Shown here one piece after another: positions 19,846 through 32,584 of a stretch of 50,470 bases of DNA. A program made the translations under genes and the position numbers. The notes below the pieces were generated by a model. The model worked only from the letters and a program-made list of their open reading frames with translations, did not search any database and was not told the origin of the DNA. The stretch is from Armatimonadota bacterium (lineage in GTDB: Bacteria > Sysuimicrobiota > Sysuimicrobiia > Sysuimicrobiales > Kaftiobacteriaceae). The first letter of the stretch is position 1. Every line of letters begins with the position of its first letter. The stretch spans positions 1-50,470 of the forward strand of contig JBBIUY010000022.1 in NCBI GenBank assembly GCA_037440005.1. The letters run 5' to 3'.

Positions 19846-20772
19846 GTGAGGGTCCTGGTCACCGGGGGAGCCGGATTCGTCGGGTCCCACGTGGCGGACG
19901 CCTACCTGGCCGCGGGCCACCACGTGGCGGTGGTGGACACCCTGGTCACCGGACGGGCGGAGCACGTCCCCCCGCAGGCGACGTTGTACCCCGTGGACAT
20001 CCGCAGCCCGCAGCTGCGGGACGTCTTCGAGCGGGAGCGGCCGGAGGTGGTCAACCACCACGCCGCCCAGGCGTCGGTGGCCGCGTCGGTGGCCGACCCG
20101 CGGGCCGACGCCGACGTGAATGTCCTGGGCACGGTGCACCTGCTGACCCTGTGCGTCCGGTTCGGCGTGCGCCGGTTCGTGTTCGCCTCCACCGGCGGCG
20201 CCATCTACGGCGACCCCGTCCGCCTGCCCGTCGCCGAAGACCACCCCTGCGATCCCCTGTCGCCGTACGGGACCAGCAAGCTGGCCGCCGAGGCGTACGT
20301 GCGGCTGTTCGGCCGGGGGGGCCTGTCGTGGGTCATCCTGCGGTACGGCAACGTCTACGGCCCCCGGCAGGATCCCGCCGGGGAGGCGGGGGTGGTGGCC
20401 ATCTTCGCCCGGGCGATGCTGGACGGGCGGACGCCCACCATCTTCGGCGACGGTCAGCAGACCCGCGACTTCGTGTACGTGGAGGACGTGGCCCGGGCCA
20501 ACCTCCTGGCGACGGAGGCGGAGGGTTGCGAGGTGGTCAACATCGGGACCGGGCAGGAGACGTCGGTGGCGGAGATCTTCCGCGCCCTCGCCGAGCTGAC
20601 CGGCTTCCGCGGCGCGCCGCAGTTCGGGCCCCCGCGGCCCGGCGACGTCCGCCGCATCGCCCTGGACTGCACCCGCGCGGGCCGCTGGCTGGGGTGGAGG
20701 CCGCAGGTCCCGCTGACCGAGGGCCTGCGCCGGACCGTGGAGTGGTTCCGGGCACGCTCGCCCGGGGACTGA
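19846..20772 (+). CDS. NAD-dependent epimerase/dehydratase (UDP-glucose 4-epimerase-like)
   Basis: GGAGG SD, GTG 19846. VLVTGGAGFVGSH, HHAAQ, STGGAIYG, YGTSK, RYGNVYGPRQ, RDFVYV. Confidence 0.92.
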   Translation: MRVLVTGGAGFVGSHVADAYLAAGHHVAVVDTLVTGRAEHVPPQATLYPVDIRSPQLRDVFERERPEVVNHHAAQASVAASVADPRADADVNVLGTVHLLTLCVRFGVRRFVFASTGGAIYGDPVRLPVAEDHPCDPLSPYGTSKLAAEAYVRLFGRGGLSWVILRYGNVYGPRQDPAGEAGVVAIFARAMLDGRTPTIFGDGQQTRDFVYVEDVARANLLATEAEGCEVVNIGTGQETSVAEIFRALAELTGFRGAPQFGPPRPGDVRRIALDCTRAGRWLGWRPQVPLTEGLRRTVEWFRARSPGD

Positions 20773-20950
20773 CCCCCCGCCCGCAGGCGGACCGGCCGCA
20801 AAGACCCTCGCCCCGCGTGGCAGAGGGGCCCGCCAGGCCGGGCGTCCCGGCCAGCTGGAGGGCAGGTCCCCGGCAGGCAGTCTCCCCGGCGCCCGGCGAA
20901 CTTCTGGTGGGGGCCGGTCCTATCTTTGGGGGCCGGGCCGGAGGGGCGCC

Positions 20951-22672
20951 GTGGCCGGGCCACCTGCTGACTCCGTCGGGTCTTTTGTCCTGGTCCTGCA
21001 CACCCACCTGCCCTTCGTCCTGGGCCACGGCCGGTGGCCCCACGGCAGCGACTGGCTGCACGAGGTGGTCGCCGGCAGTTACCTCCCCCTGCTGAAGGCG
21101 CTTCAGGACGCGGCCGCCGGTCACCGGGTCCGGGTGACCCTGGACGTCTCGCCGGTCCTGGCCGAGCAGCTGGCCGCTCCGGCGTTCCGGCGGGAGTTCG
21201 AGGAGTTCGTCCGCACCCGGCTGCAGTGGGCGCAGGACAACGCCCGCCACTTCGACGCCGCCGGGGACGCCGCGCGGGCCGCCCTGGCCCGCCGCTGGGA
21301 ACGGTGGTACCGGGACCGCCTGCAGCAGTTCGACGAGATCGGCGGGGACGTGGTGGGCGCGTTCCGCCGCCTGGCCGACCGCGAGGTGGCGGAACTGATG
21401 ACCTGCGCCGCCACCCACGGCTACCTGCCCCTGCTGAGCCGGGAGGAGTCGGTGGCCCTGCAGCTGGACGTGGCCGTCTCCGCCCACGAGCGCCACTTCC
21501 GGCAGCGCCCGCGGGGCATCTGGCTGCCCGAGTGCGCCTACCGCCCCCGCTACGAGTGGACGCCTCCCCTGGGCCTGCAGCGGGGAAAGGCGCGTGCCCG
21601 CCGGCGCGGGCTGGAGGAGTTCCTGGCGGAACGGGGACTGCGCTACTTCATCACCGACCTCCACCTGGTCCGCGGCGGCAGCTCCCTCTCTCCCTACCGG
21701 GACTACTACCCGGCCCTGCAGGCCCTCGCCGGCACCGCCCCGCCCGTCTCCCGCCCGGACCGGTCGCCCTACCGGGCGTACCGGGTGGCGTCCCGCGGAG
21801 GGCAAGCAGACGCCGCCGTGCTGGTGCGCGACCCCGAGACCAGCCTGCAGGTGTGGAGCCGCGACCGGGGCTATCCGGGGGACGGCTGGTACCTGGAGTT
21901 CCACAAAAAGCACTTCCCCGGCGGGCTGCGGTACTGGCGGGTCACGGGCCCTGACGTGGACCTGGAAGCCAAGGAGATCTACGACCCGGACCGGGCGGCC
22001 GAGCGGGTGCGGGTCCACGCCGATCACTTCGTGGGCCTGCTCGCCCGCATCCTCGCCACGGCCCGCCGGACGGAGGGCCCGGCGGCGGTGGTGTGCAGCC
22101 CCTTCGACACCGAGCTATTCGGGCACTGGTGGTGTGAGGGCCCCGACTGGGTCGCCGAGGTCTTCCGCCGCCTGGGGCCGGCCGGCGTGGTGGCGGTCAC
22201 CGCCGGCGAGTACCTGGACGCCCACCCGCCCGGGGAGACGCTGTCCCTGCTGGAGGGGTCCTGGGGCGACGGGGGAGACCACCGGGTGTGGCTCAACCGG
22301 GACACCGAGTGGACCTGGGAGCGGGTGTACGCGGCGGAGGAGGTGTTCTGGGCCCTGGCCCGGCGGGTGCCGGCGGGCGCGCTGGCGGCCCGGCGGGTCC
22401 TGGCGCAGATGGCGCGGGAACTGCTATTGACCCAGGCCTCCGACTGGCAGTTCCTGATCACCACCCGGGCGGCCCGGGACTACGCCGAGGCCCGGATCAC
22501 CGACCACGCCGCCGCATTCACCCGCCTGGCCGGGATCCTGCAGTCCCTGGAGGACGGGGCGGACCTGTCGGCGCCCGACAGGGAGTATCTGGCCGCCCGG
22601 GAGACGGTCAACTTCCTGTTCCCCGACGTCCTGGAGCAGGTGGACCGGGCGTGCGCGGTGCCTGCGGCGTAG
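20951..22672 (+). CDS. GH57 1,4-alpha-glucan branching enzyme (DUF1957 C-terminus)
   Basis: LVLHTHLP, ATHGYLP, GIWLPECAY (nucleophile), FDTELFGHWW.EG (acid/base), QASDWQF. Confidence 0.92.
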   Translation: MAGPPADSVGSFVLVLHTHLPFVLGHGRWPHGSDWLHEVVAGSYLPLLKALQDAAAGHRVRVTLDVSPVLAEQLAAPAFRREFEEFVRTRLQWAQDNARHFDAAGDAARAALARRWERWYRDRLQQFDEIGGDVVGAFRRLADREVAELMTCAATHGYLPLLSREESVALQLDVAVSAHERHFRQRPRGIWLPECAYRPRYEWTPPLGLQRGKARARRRGLEEFLAERGLRYFITDLHLVRGGSSLSPYRDYYPALQALAGTAPPVSRPDRSPYRAYRVASRGGQADAAVLVRDPETSLQVWSRDRGYPGDGWYLEFHKKHFPGGLRYWRVTGPDVDLEAKEIYDPDRAAERVRVHADHFVGLLARILATARRTEGPAAVVCSPFDTELFGHWWCEGPDWVAEVFRRLGPAGVVAVTAGEYLDAHPPGETLSLLEGSWGDGGDHRVWLNRDTEWTWERVYAAEEVFWALARRVPAGALAARRVLAQMARELLLTQASDWQFLITTRAARDYAEARITDHAAAFTRLAGILQSLEDGADLSAPDREYLAARETVNFLFPDVLEQVDRACAVPAA

Positions 22673-22691
22673 CCGGCGGGAGGAGGACGCG

Positions 22692-23876
22692 ATGGCGCGG
22701 CCGCGGATCCTGGCGTTCATCCTCGCCGGGGGCCGGGGAGAGCGGCTGTACCCGCTGACCCGGGAGCGGGGCAAACCGGCGGTACCCTTCGGCGGCAAGT
22801 ACCGCATCGTGGACTTCGTGCTGTCCAACTTCGTAAACTCGGGGATCTACGCCCTGTACGTGCTGGTGCAGTACAAGGCCCAGTCGCTGATCGAGCACCT
22901 GCGGACCGCCTGGCGGCTGGGCGGGCTGCCGGATCACTTCGTGATGGTCGTGCCGCCCCAGATGCGGTGGGGAGAGACCTGGTACCAGGGGACCGCCGAC
23001 GCCGTCTACCAGAACCTCAACCTGCTCTTGGACTTCGCCCCGGACCTGGTGGCCGTCTTCGGCGCCGACCACGTCTACCGCATGGACGTCGGGCAGATGA
23101 TGGCGTTCCACCGGGACGCCGGAGCCGACGTCACCGTGGCGGCCCTGCCGGTGCCGGTGGACCGCGGCCGGGAGTTCGGGATCGTCACCGCGTCCGCCGA
23201 CGGGCGGGTCACGGCGTTCGTCGAAAAGCCCGCCGCCCCCACCCCTCTCCCCGGCGACCCCACCCGCGCCCTGGCGTCCATGGGCAACTACCTGTTCAAC
23301 GCCGGCGTGCTGGTGGACGCGCTGGTGGAAGACGCCCGCCGCAGCACGGACCACGACTTCGGCCGCACCATCCTGCCCGAGCTGGTCGCCCACGCCCGGG
23401 TCTTCGCCTACAACTTCCTGGACAACGCGATTCCGGGCATGCATCCCTATGAGGAGAGGGGGTACTGGCGCGACGTGGGCACCCTGGAGGCCTACTGGGA
23501 GGCGCACATGGACCTGCTGGGCCGGTCTCCGCGGCTGGATCTGGCCAACCCCCGCTGGCCGATCCACACGGCGCCGTTTATGGGCCCGTCGGCCCGCATC
23601 CTGGAGGGGACCGTGGAGGACAGCCTGGTGGGCGAGGGCTGCCACGTGGACGGCGCGACGGTGCGCCGGTCGGTCCTGGGCCGGGGGGTGCGCGTCCTGC
23701 GGGGGGCGGTGGTGGAGGAGTCCGTCGTGATGGACCACACCGTGGTGGGGGCGGGGGCGCGGCTGCGGCGGGTCATCGCCGACCGGTTCAACGAGATTCC
23801 CCCGGGCGCCGCCCTGGGCCGGGAGGACGGCGGCCTGACGGTCCTGCCCCGGGGCCGCACCCGGGTTCCGGCATGA
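22692..23876 (+). CDS. glgC: Glucose-1-phosphate adenylyltransferase
   Basis: ILAGGRGERLYPLT...KPAVPFGGKYRIVDF, GTADAVYQN, FVEKP, ASMGNY, DFG, YWRDVGT, C-terminal beta-helix. Confidence 0.96.
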   Translation: MARPRILAFILAGGRGERLYPLTRERGKPAVPFGGKYRIVDFVLSNFVNSGIYALYVLVQYKAQSLIEHLRTAWRLGGLPDHFVMVVPPQMRWGETWYQGTADAVYQNLNLLLDFAPDLVAVFGADHVYRMDVGQMMAFHRDAGADVTVAALPVPVDRGREFGIVTASADGRVTAFVEKPAAPTPLPGDPTRALASMGNYLFNAGVLVDALVEDARRSTDHDFGRTILPELVAHARVFAYNFLDNAIPGMHPYEERGYWRDVGTLEAYWEAHMDLLGRSPRLDLANPRWPIHTAPFMGPSARILEGTVEDSLVGEGCHVDGATVRRSVLGRGVRVLRGAVVEESVVMDHTVVGAGARLRRVIADRFNEIPPGAALGREDGGLTVLPRGRTRVPA

Positions 23877-26263
23877 CCGCCCCCTGGCTCGTCGTCCACG
23901 GCCACTTCTACCAGCCGCCCCGGGAGAACCCCTGGCTGGAGGAGGTGCCCGTTCAGGACGCGGCCGCGCCCTACCACGACTGGAACGAGCGGGTGACCGC
24001 CGAGTGCTACGCCCGCAACGCCGCCGCCCGGATCCTGGACGCCCACAACCGGATCACCCGGATCGTCAACACCTACGCCCGCATCAGCTTCGACGTCGGT
24101 CCGTCCCTGCTCCGGTGGCTGGCCCGCTGCGCCCCGGAGGTGTACGGCGCGATCCTGGACGCCGACCGGACCAGCCGGCAGACCCACTTCGGCCACGGCA
24201 ACGCCCTCGCCCACCCCTACGTCCACCTCATCCTGCCCCTGACCTCGCCCCGCGACCGGCGCACCCAGGTCCGCTGGGGCCTGCGGGACTTCGAGCGCCG
24301 GTTCCGGCGGCACCCGGAGGGGATGTGGCTGCCCGAGACCGCGGTGGACGTCACGACCCTGGAGGTGCTGGCCGAGCACCGTGTCGCCTTCACCATCCTG
24401 GCCCCCCACCAGGCGTCGAAGGTGCGCGCCGGCCCCGACGGCCCGTGGCGGCCCGTGGAGGAGGGGGACCTGGACTGGTCCACCCCGTACCGGTGCCGTC
24501 TGCCCGGGGGCCGGTCCATCGCGGTGTTCTTCTACGATCCTGCCACCGCCCGGGCGGTGGCGTTTGAGGGCCTGCTCCACGACGGAGACGCCCTGGCCCG
24601 GCGGCTGGCCGCCCCCCTGGCGTCCGACGACGGGCGGCGCCTCCGGCTGGTGGCCGCCGACGGCGAGACCTACGGCCACCACCACCCCTTCGGCGAGATG
24701 GCCCTGGCGTACGCCCTGGAGCGGCTGGCCGCAGGGGGCGAGGCGCGTCTGACCAACCTGGCCGCCTACCTGGCGGCTCACCCGCCCGTCCAGGAGGTGG
24801 AGATCCGGGAGAACACGTCCTGGAGCTGTCCCCACGGCCTGGGGCGGTGGACGGCCGACTGCGGGTGCCGGACCCGGCCGGGGACCCAGCAGCGGTGGCG
24901 CGCCCCGCTGCGGGAGGCCATCGACTGGCTGACCGAGCGGCTGGACCGCCTGTACGAGGAGCACGCCGGCCGGGTGCTGCGCGATCCCTGGGCGGCCCGG
25001 GACGACGCCATCGACCTCGTGGATCCCGAGCCGGGCGCCACTGACGCCTTCTTCGCCCGCCACGGGACCGGCCCCCTGGACGGCGCCGCCCGCCGTCAGA
25101 TCCGGCGGCTGCTGGAGATGCAGCGGCAGAGGATGCTGATGCACAGCAGCGACGGGTGGTTCTTCGACGACATCGCCGGTCCGGAGGCGGTGCAGGTCCT
25201 CGCCCACGCCGCCCGGGCCATCGACCTGGCGGGAATGTGGGACCCGGATCTGGAAGGGGAGTTCGTGCGCCGCCTGGCCGCCGCCCCCTCCAACGCGCCC
25301 GAGCACCCCGACGGCGCGGCCGTGTACCGGGCGCTGGTCCGTCCCCAGGCGGTGTCCACGGCCCGCGCCGCCGCGGTGTACGCCACCGTCTCGCTGGTGG
25401 AAGATCCCGCCCGGGTGAACACGCCCGCGGTGACCGTCACGCCGCTGGGCGCCTCCCGCGCCGCCTCAGGCGGGCGCACCCTGCTGGCGGGACGGGTGCG
25501 GGTCGCCTGGACGCTGACCGGCGAGGAGGAGGAGGCCGCCTACGCCCTGGTGCACTTCGGAGGCCACGAGGTGCACTGCGCGGTGCGCGCCGGCGTGCCG
25601 GCCGAGGAGGCCCAGGCGCTGGTGGCGGACCTGATCCGGCGGTTTGAGGCCGGCGCCGTCGGCGAGCTGCTGCGGGCGGTGGACGCCGCCCTGGGACCGT
25701 CGGCGTTCACCCTGCGGGACCTGCCCCTGGACCACCGGCGGCGGGTCCTGGCGGCGCTCACGGCGCAGGCCCTGCGGGACCTGGAAGAGACCTACCGCCG
25801 GGTGTACCAGGAAAGCCGCGGGTTGATGGCGTATCTGCGGGATGCGCAGGCGTCTCTCCCCCCGCCCATGGTGATGGCCGCCGTCGTCGCGCTCACCCGG
25901 GACCTGGAGGAAGCCCTCTCGGGACCGCCCACCCGCCCCCTGCCGGACCGGGCGGCCGCCCTGGTGGCGGAACTCCGTTCCTGGGGGCGGGAGGTCAGAG
26001 CCGACCGCTTCGAGCCGCTGCTGCGCCGGCGCCTGGAGGCCGTCCTGGCCGGCCCCCTGCCGCCGCGGGAGAGGCTGGAGCGGGCCCGGGAGGTGCTGGA
26101 CCTGGCAGACCTGGCGGGGCTGACCCTCAACCTGTGGGAAGCCCAGAACCGGCTGGTCCGGCTGGCGCGGGCCGTCCCCGCCGACTGCGCTCCCCTGCTG
26201 CGCCAGGTGGCGGAGCGTCTGCACGTCAACGTGGACGCCGTGCTGACCGATCCCCCCCCATGA
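23873..26263 (+). CDS. GH57-family glycoside hydrolase with DUF3536 domain
   Basis: HGHFYQPPRENPW, GMWLPETAVD, DGETYGHH, SWSCPHGLGRW, SS.GWFFDDI. Overlaps the glgC stop (ATGA). Confidence 0.9.
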   Translation: MTAPWLVVHGHFYQPPRENPWLEEVPVQDAAAPYHDWNERVTAECYARNAAARILDAHNRITRIVNTYARISFDVGPSLLRWLARCAPEVYGAILDADRTSRQTHFGHGNALAHPYVHLILPLTSPRDRRTQVRWGLRDFERRFRRHPEGMWLPETAVDVTTLEVLAEHRVAFTILAPHQASKVRAGPDGPWRPVEEGDLDWSTPYRCRLPGGRSIAVFFYDPATARAVAFEGLLHDGDALARRLAAPLASDDGRRLRLVAADGETYGHHHPFGEMALAYALERLAAGGEARLTNLAAYLAAHPPVQEVEIRENTSWSCPHGLGRWTADCGCRTRPGTQQRWRAPLREAIDWLTERLDRLYEEHAGRVLRDPWAARDDAIDLVDPEPGATDAFFARHGTGPLDGAARRQIRRLLEMQRQRMLMHSSDGWFFDDIAGPEAVQVLAHAARAIDLAGMWDPDLEGEFVRRLAAAPSNAPEHPDGAAVYRALVRPQAVSTARAAAVYATVSLVEDPARVNTPAVTVTPLGASRAASGGRTLLAGRVRVAWTLTGEEEEAAYALVHFGGHEVHCAVRAGVPAEEAQALVADLIRRFEAGAVGELLRAVDAALGPSAFTLRDLPLDHRRRVLAALTAQALRDLEETYRRVYQESRGLMAYLRDAQASLPPPMVMAAVVALTRDLEEALSGPPTRPLPDRAAALVAELRSWGREVRADRFEPLLRRRLEAVLAGPLPPRERLERAREVLDLADLAGLTLNLWEAQNRLVRLARAVPADCAPLLRQVAERLHVNVDAVLTDPPP

Positions 26264-26311
26264 CGCCCGGGACGTCTCGCCTCCACCCTGCACCCGTCCG
26301 CCCGTCCGGCG

Positions 26312-26962
26312 ATGGCGCGCCCGTTTGAGTTCGTCGAGTGCCTGGAACTGCGGGAGATGCTGGGCCGGACGGCCTGGGACGAGCGGGAGCTGCTGGCCGG
26401 CATTGAGGAGGCCCCCGCGGAATCCATCATCTACCACACCCACAGCTACTTTTTGCGCAGCCGCTACCTGGCCGCCCCCTACCCCAACGACTTCGCCACC
26501 TGGGCGGCCATCCAGGTCCGCGACCGGGTCCTGGGCGAGCGGCTGGCGGTGGTGGACCCCTTCGAGTACGCCGACGTGGAGCAGCTGCGGGCGGAGCTGG
26601 TGACCATCGTGGACGCCCACCTGGCGGGGCTGCAGAGCGTCCCCCGGGCGGACTACGGGGAGCCGTTTTACTTCATGCGCTCCACCCTGGTGGAGGTCCC
26701 CACGGGGATGCGGGCGGCGACTCTGCGGGAGTTCCGGGACCTGGTGGCCCGGGTGGACGCCAGCGCCATCTACTACCACTTCTACGAGACCGTGCGCCGG
26801 CGCCCCGACGCCGACCCCCTGGCGTGGCTGGAGGGCGAGCTGGGGCTGGGGGAGGTGGCCGCGCGACTGCGGCGGCTCAACCGGTACATGAGCAGCCTGG
26901 ACGGGGTCCGCGCCCGCGTCCTGGCCATCTGCGACGCGGCCCTGGAGGACGGCGGTGGCTGA
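26312..26962 (+). CDS. DUF5752-family protein (TreT-associated, OrfY-like), two internal repeats
   Basis: PFEF...SIIYHTH...NDFATW / PFYF...AIYYHFY...DPLAW. Overlaps the treT start. Confidence 0.8.
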   Translation: MARPFEFVECLELREMLGRTAWDERELLAGIEEAPAESIIYHTHSYFLRSRYLAAPYPNDFATWAAIQVRDRVLGERLAVVDPFEYADVEQLRAELVTIVDAHLAGLQSVPRADYGEPFYFMRSTLVEVPTGMRAATLREFRDLVARVDASAIYYHFYETVRRRPDADPLAWLEGELGLGEVAARLRRLNRYMSSLDGVRARVLAICDAALEDGGG

Positions 26963-28146
26963 GCCGGCCGTGCGCCTGGACGACTACCGGGACGTGGTGC
27001 CCGCCGGCACCCTGGACCTGCTGCGGCGCCTGGCCGACCGGGTCCGGGGACGGTCGCTGGTGCACGTGAACTCCACCCGCGCCGGGGGCGGGGTGGCGGA
27101 GATGCTGCACCGCTCGGTGCCGCTGCTGGAGGAGCTGGGCGTCGCCACCCGCTGGGAGGTCATCACCGGGTCCGAGGAGTTCTTCCGGGTCACCAAGGCG
27201 CTGCACAACGCCCTGCAGGGTCAGGAGCAGGCGTTCACCGACGCCATGCTGCAGACCTACCTGGAGACCAACCGGGACAACGCCGCCCGGCTGGACCTGG
27301 ACGCCGACCTGGTCCTCGTCCACGACCCCCAGCCGGCGGCCCTGGTGGCCTATGCCCCCCGGCGGGGCCGGTGGGTGTGGCGGTGCCACATCGACGTCTC
27401 GCGGCCCCAGCGCCGGGCGTGGGCGTTCGTGCGCCTGTTCGTGACCCGCTACGACGGCGCCATCTTCTCGCTGCCGCGGTTCGCCCAGCGCCTGCCCATC
27501 CCCCAGTACCTCATCTACCCCAGTATCGACCCGCTGTCGGAGAAGAACCGGGAACTCAGCCCCGAGGAGGTGGATGCGGTCCTGCACCGCCTGAACATCC
27601 CCCGGGACAAGCCCCTGCTGCTGCAGGTGTCCCGGTTCGACCGCTTCAAAGACCCCCTGGGGGTCATCAACGCCTACCGGCTGGTCAAGAAATACGACGA
27701 CTGCCGGCTGGTCCTGGCCGGCGGCCCCGCCGACGACGATCCGGAAGGCCCCCAGGTGCTGGCCGAGGTGATGCAGGCCAGCAGCGACGACCCCGACATC
27801 CACGTGCTGGTCTTGCCGCCCACGGCCCACCACGAGATCAACGCGCTGCAGCGGGCCGCCACCATCATCATCCAGAAGTCCACCCGGGAGGGCTTCGGCC
27901 TGACGGTGGCCGAGGGGATGTGGAAGGGCAAACCGGTGATCGGCGGATTCGCCGGCGGGATCACGGTGCAGATCATCTGGGGAGTGACCGGCTATACGGT
28001 GAACTCGGTGGAGGGGTGCGCCTTCCGCATCCGCCACCTCCTGAACAACCCCGAGCTGGCCGCCCAGATGGGCCGCGCCGGCCGGGAGTACGTCCGAGAG
28101 CGGTTCTTGATCACCCGGGACCTGGCCGAGCACCTGGCCCTGATGG

Positions 28147-28163
<17 letters not shown>
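26955..28163 (+). CDS. treT: GT4 trehalose glycosyltransferring synthase (TreT-like)
   Basis: HVNSTRAGGGVAEML, TKALHNALQG, HDPQP, WRCHID, PSIDPLSEKN, SRFDRFKD, STREGFGLTVAEG. Confidence 0.9.
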
Positions 28164-30407
<2,244 letters not shown>

Positions 30408-30411
<4 letters not shown>

Positions 30412-31220
30412 GCTCTCCCCTCCAGCACCCGGATCACCTCGGCGCCCACCAGCACCAGCAACGCCACCAGGTAGACCCACACCATGAACACCACCAGCCC
30501 GGCCAGCGGGCCGTACACCAGCGGGTAGGCGGCCAGCGTGCGCAGGTACCAGAAAAAGGCCCGCCGGGTCAGTTCGAACAGGCCCACCGCCACGCCGGTC
30601 CCCGCCAGCAGGCTCCGCCTGCCCACCCGGACGGCGGGAAGAAACCGGTAGACCACGAAGAACGCGGCGGCGGCCAGGACCCACGGCGCCACAGACGCCG
30701 CCGTCTGCAGCAGGGGAGCGCGACCCACCGCGTCCACGACGGGGCCCAGGCCGGGCAGACCCCGGAGGGCCGCCTGGGCCGCCGGCACCAGCACCGACAG
30801 GCCGAGACACGCTCCCCCCAGGCCCACCACGGCGAGCTCGACCAGCGTGCGGTGCACGAACGTCCGCGGCCTCCCCGCCCGCAGGATCCGGTTGAGGGCG
30901 TGGCGCACCGCGCTGGCCACCGCGGTGGCGGCCCACAGGAGGCCCGCCGCCGCCAGGGTGCCGGCGGCGCTCCGGGTGCGGACGACTCCGGCGATGGTCT
31001 CCCGGACCGCCTCCAGGGCCGGCGGGGGCAGGTAGGGCCGGAGGGCCTGCACCACCGCCTCCTGGACCTGCAGCTGGTCCGCCGCCAAGCTCAGCAGGGC
31101 GATCACCCCCGCCAGCAGAGGGAAGACCGACAGCAGCCCGGCGTAGGCGATGGAGGCGGCGTACACCGCCAGGTCGTCCTCGGCCAGCAGCCGCGCCAGC
31201 GCCCGCAGCCTCCCGGTCAC
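30408..31220 (-). CDS. YihY/virulence factor BrkB family membrane protein
   Basis: AASIAYAGLLSVFPLL, ALNRI, YRFLP, YGPLAGLVVFMVWVY...LVGAE. Confidence 0.9.
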
Positions 31221-32308
31221 GGTCCGGCCCCCGCCCCCTGCGGCTGGGGGAGGGCGGCGTGGACGTGGACCGTCTGGGTGGGGTAGGCGAACTGGATCCC
31301 CCGCTGCCGGAACTGCCGGTACAGTTCCAGGTTGATGGCCTGCTGGACGTCCATGTACGCCGTGTAGTCCGGCGTCAGCACGTAGTACACCACCTCAAAG
31401 ATCAGGGCGAAGTCCCCGTAGCTCTTGAAGTGAGCCCGGTCGAAGCGCGTCCGGGGCTGCGCCTCCACGATGCGCCTGACCACCTCCGGGATGTCGGCGA
31501 GCACCTGGGGCGGTGTGTCGTACACCACGCCGAAGGTGAAGAGCACCCGCCGCTCGGTCATGCGCTTGAAGTTGCGGATCCGGCTGGAGAGCAGGTCGGT
31601 GTTGGAGAGGACGACCTGTTCTCCCGACAGACTGCGCACCCGCGTGGTCTTCAGCCCGATGTGCTCCACGGTGCCCAGCACGTCTCCGGTGATGATGAAG
31701 TCGCCGATCACGAACGGCCGGTCTAGGGCGATGGAGAAGGCCGCGAACAGGTCGCCCAGCACGTTCTGCAGGGCCAGGGCCACCGCCACGCCTCCGATCC
31801 CCACCCCCGCCACCAGGGCGGTGATGTTTACCCCCAGGTTGTCCAGAGCCACCAGCACCAGGACCGCCCACAGGCCCACCCGCGCCACGAAGCTCAAGAC
31901 GGCGACGGTGGTGGCGGTGGCTGCGTCCTGCTCCAGCCGCCTCTGGAGGTGGCGGGTGACCGCCCAGGTGATGACGGCGTTCCCCCACAAGGCCACCTGC
32001 AGCCACACTGCGGCCCAGGCCGCCGCCTGCAGAACCCTCGCCAGCCGAACCGGCAGGTCCAGCACCAGGCTCCCCGCCGCCACGGCGAGGACGGCGATCA
32101 CCACCGGTCGCAGACTCCCCAGCAGGTCCACCAGGAGGTCGTCGAGCTCCCCCGGCGTCCTCTCAGCTGCCGTCCGCAGCCGCCGGCGGACGAGCTCTCG
32201 CAGTCCCCGGGCCGCCCCGGCGACGCCCGCCGCGACGACCAGCGCGAGCAGCCATCGTCCCACCGGGTTGCCATACAGCGTCGCGCCCCACACAGGCAGG
32301 GGTATCAC
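31217..32308 (-). CDS. mscS: MscS-family mechanosensitive channel
   Basis: LDNLGVNITALVAGVGIGGVAVALALQN, DRPFVIGD, GTVEHIGLKTTRVRSLSGEQ, FGVVYDT, IQFAYPTQ. Exact start uncertain (32308/32299/32293). Confidence 0.93.
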   Translation of the reverse strand: MIPLPVWGATLYGNPVGRWLLALVVAAGVAGAARGLRELVRRRLRTAAERTPGELDDLLVDLLGSLRPVVIAVLAVAAGSLVLDLPVRLARVLQAAAWAAVWLQVALWGNAVITWAVTRHLQRRLEQDAATATTVAVLSFVARVGLWAVLVLVALDNLGVNITALVAGVGIGGVAVALALQNVLGDLFAAFSIALDRPFVIGDFIITGDVLGTVEHIGLKTTRVRSLSGEQVVLSNTDLLSSRIRNFKRMTERRVLFTFGVVYDTPPQVLADIPEVVRRIVEAQPRTRFDRAHFKSYGDFALIFEVVYYVLTPDYTAYMDVQQAINLELYRQFRQRGIQFAYPTQTVHVHAALPQPQGAGAGP

Positions 32309-32389
32309 CTCCTTCGTGGCCGGCGGGGAGGGTCAACCGCCTCCCAGACCGCGTCCCTCCGTCCGGGGTCAGGCTGCGGATGCGATGTG

Positions 32390-32433
32390 AAAACGCCCGG
32401 GCCGCCCCGCGGGCGGTGTGAGCCGCCCGGGCA
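32390..32433 (-). terminator. Terminator-like hairpin inside the mscS 5' leader
   Basis: Minus strand TGCCCGGG...CCGCCC-gcg-GGGCGG-CCCGGGCG followed by TTTT. Confidence 0.45.
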
Positions 32434-32466
32434 TCTGCCGCATGGCGAAGAGCGTGGACTGGTGTC

Positions 32467-32531
32467 AGTGTAGCCCACCCCGTCGGCGGAGGACAACCCA
32501 CCTTGCCCTGCGCCGACAGGGTTGGTAGGCT
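32467..32531. promoter_or_regulatory. Back-to-back divergent sigma-70 promoters (mscS operon / rhomboid-like operon)
   Basis: Minus strand TTGTCC-18-TACACT (32496-32467). Plus strand TTGCCC-17-TAGGCT with TG extension (32503-32531). Confidence 0.55.
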
Positions 32532-32584
32532 GAAACCACGGTCGCCGGCGGGCCGGGGATCGCCGGCACCTGCCTCGACGCCTG

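Noticed and set aside
32370..32443. 24-codon leader peptide in the mscS leader
   Set aside because: No SD and no regulatory codon run, so it cannot be supported.
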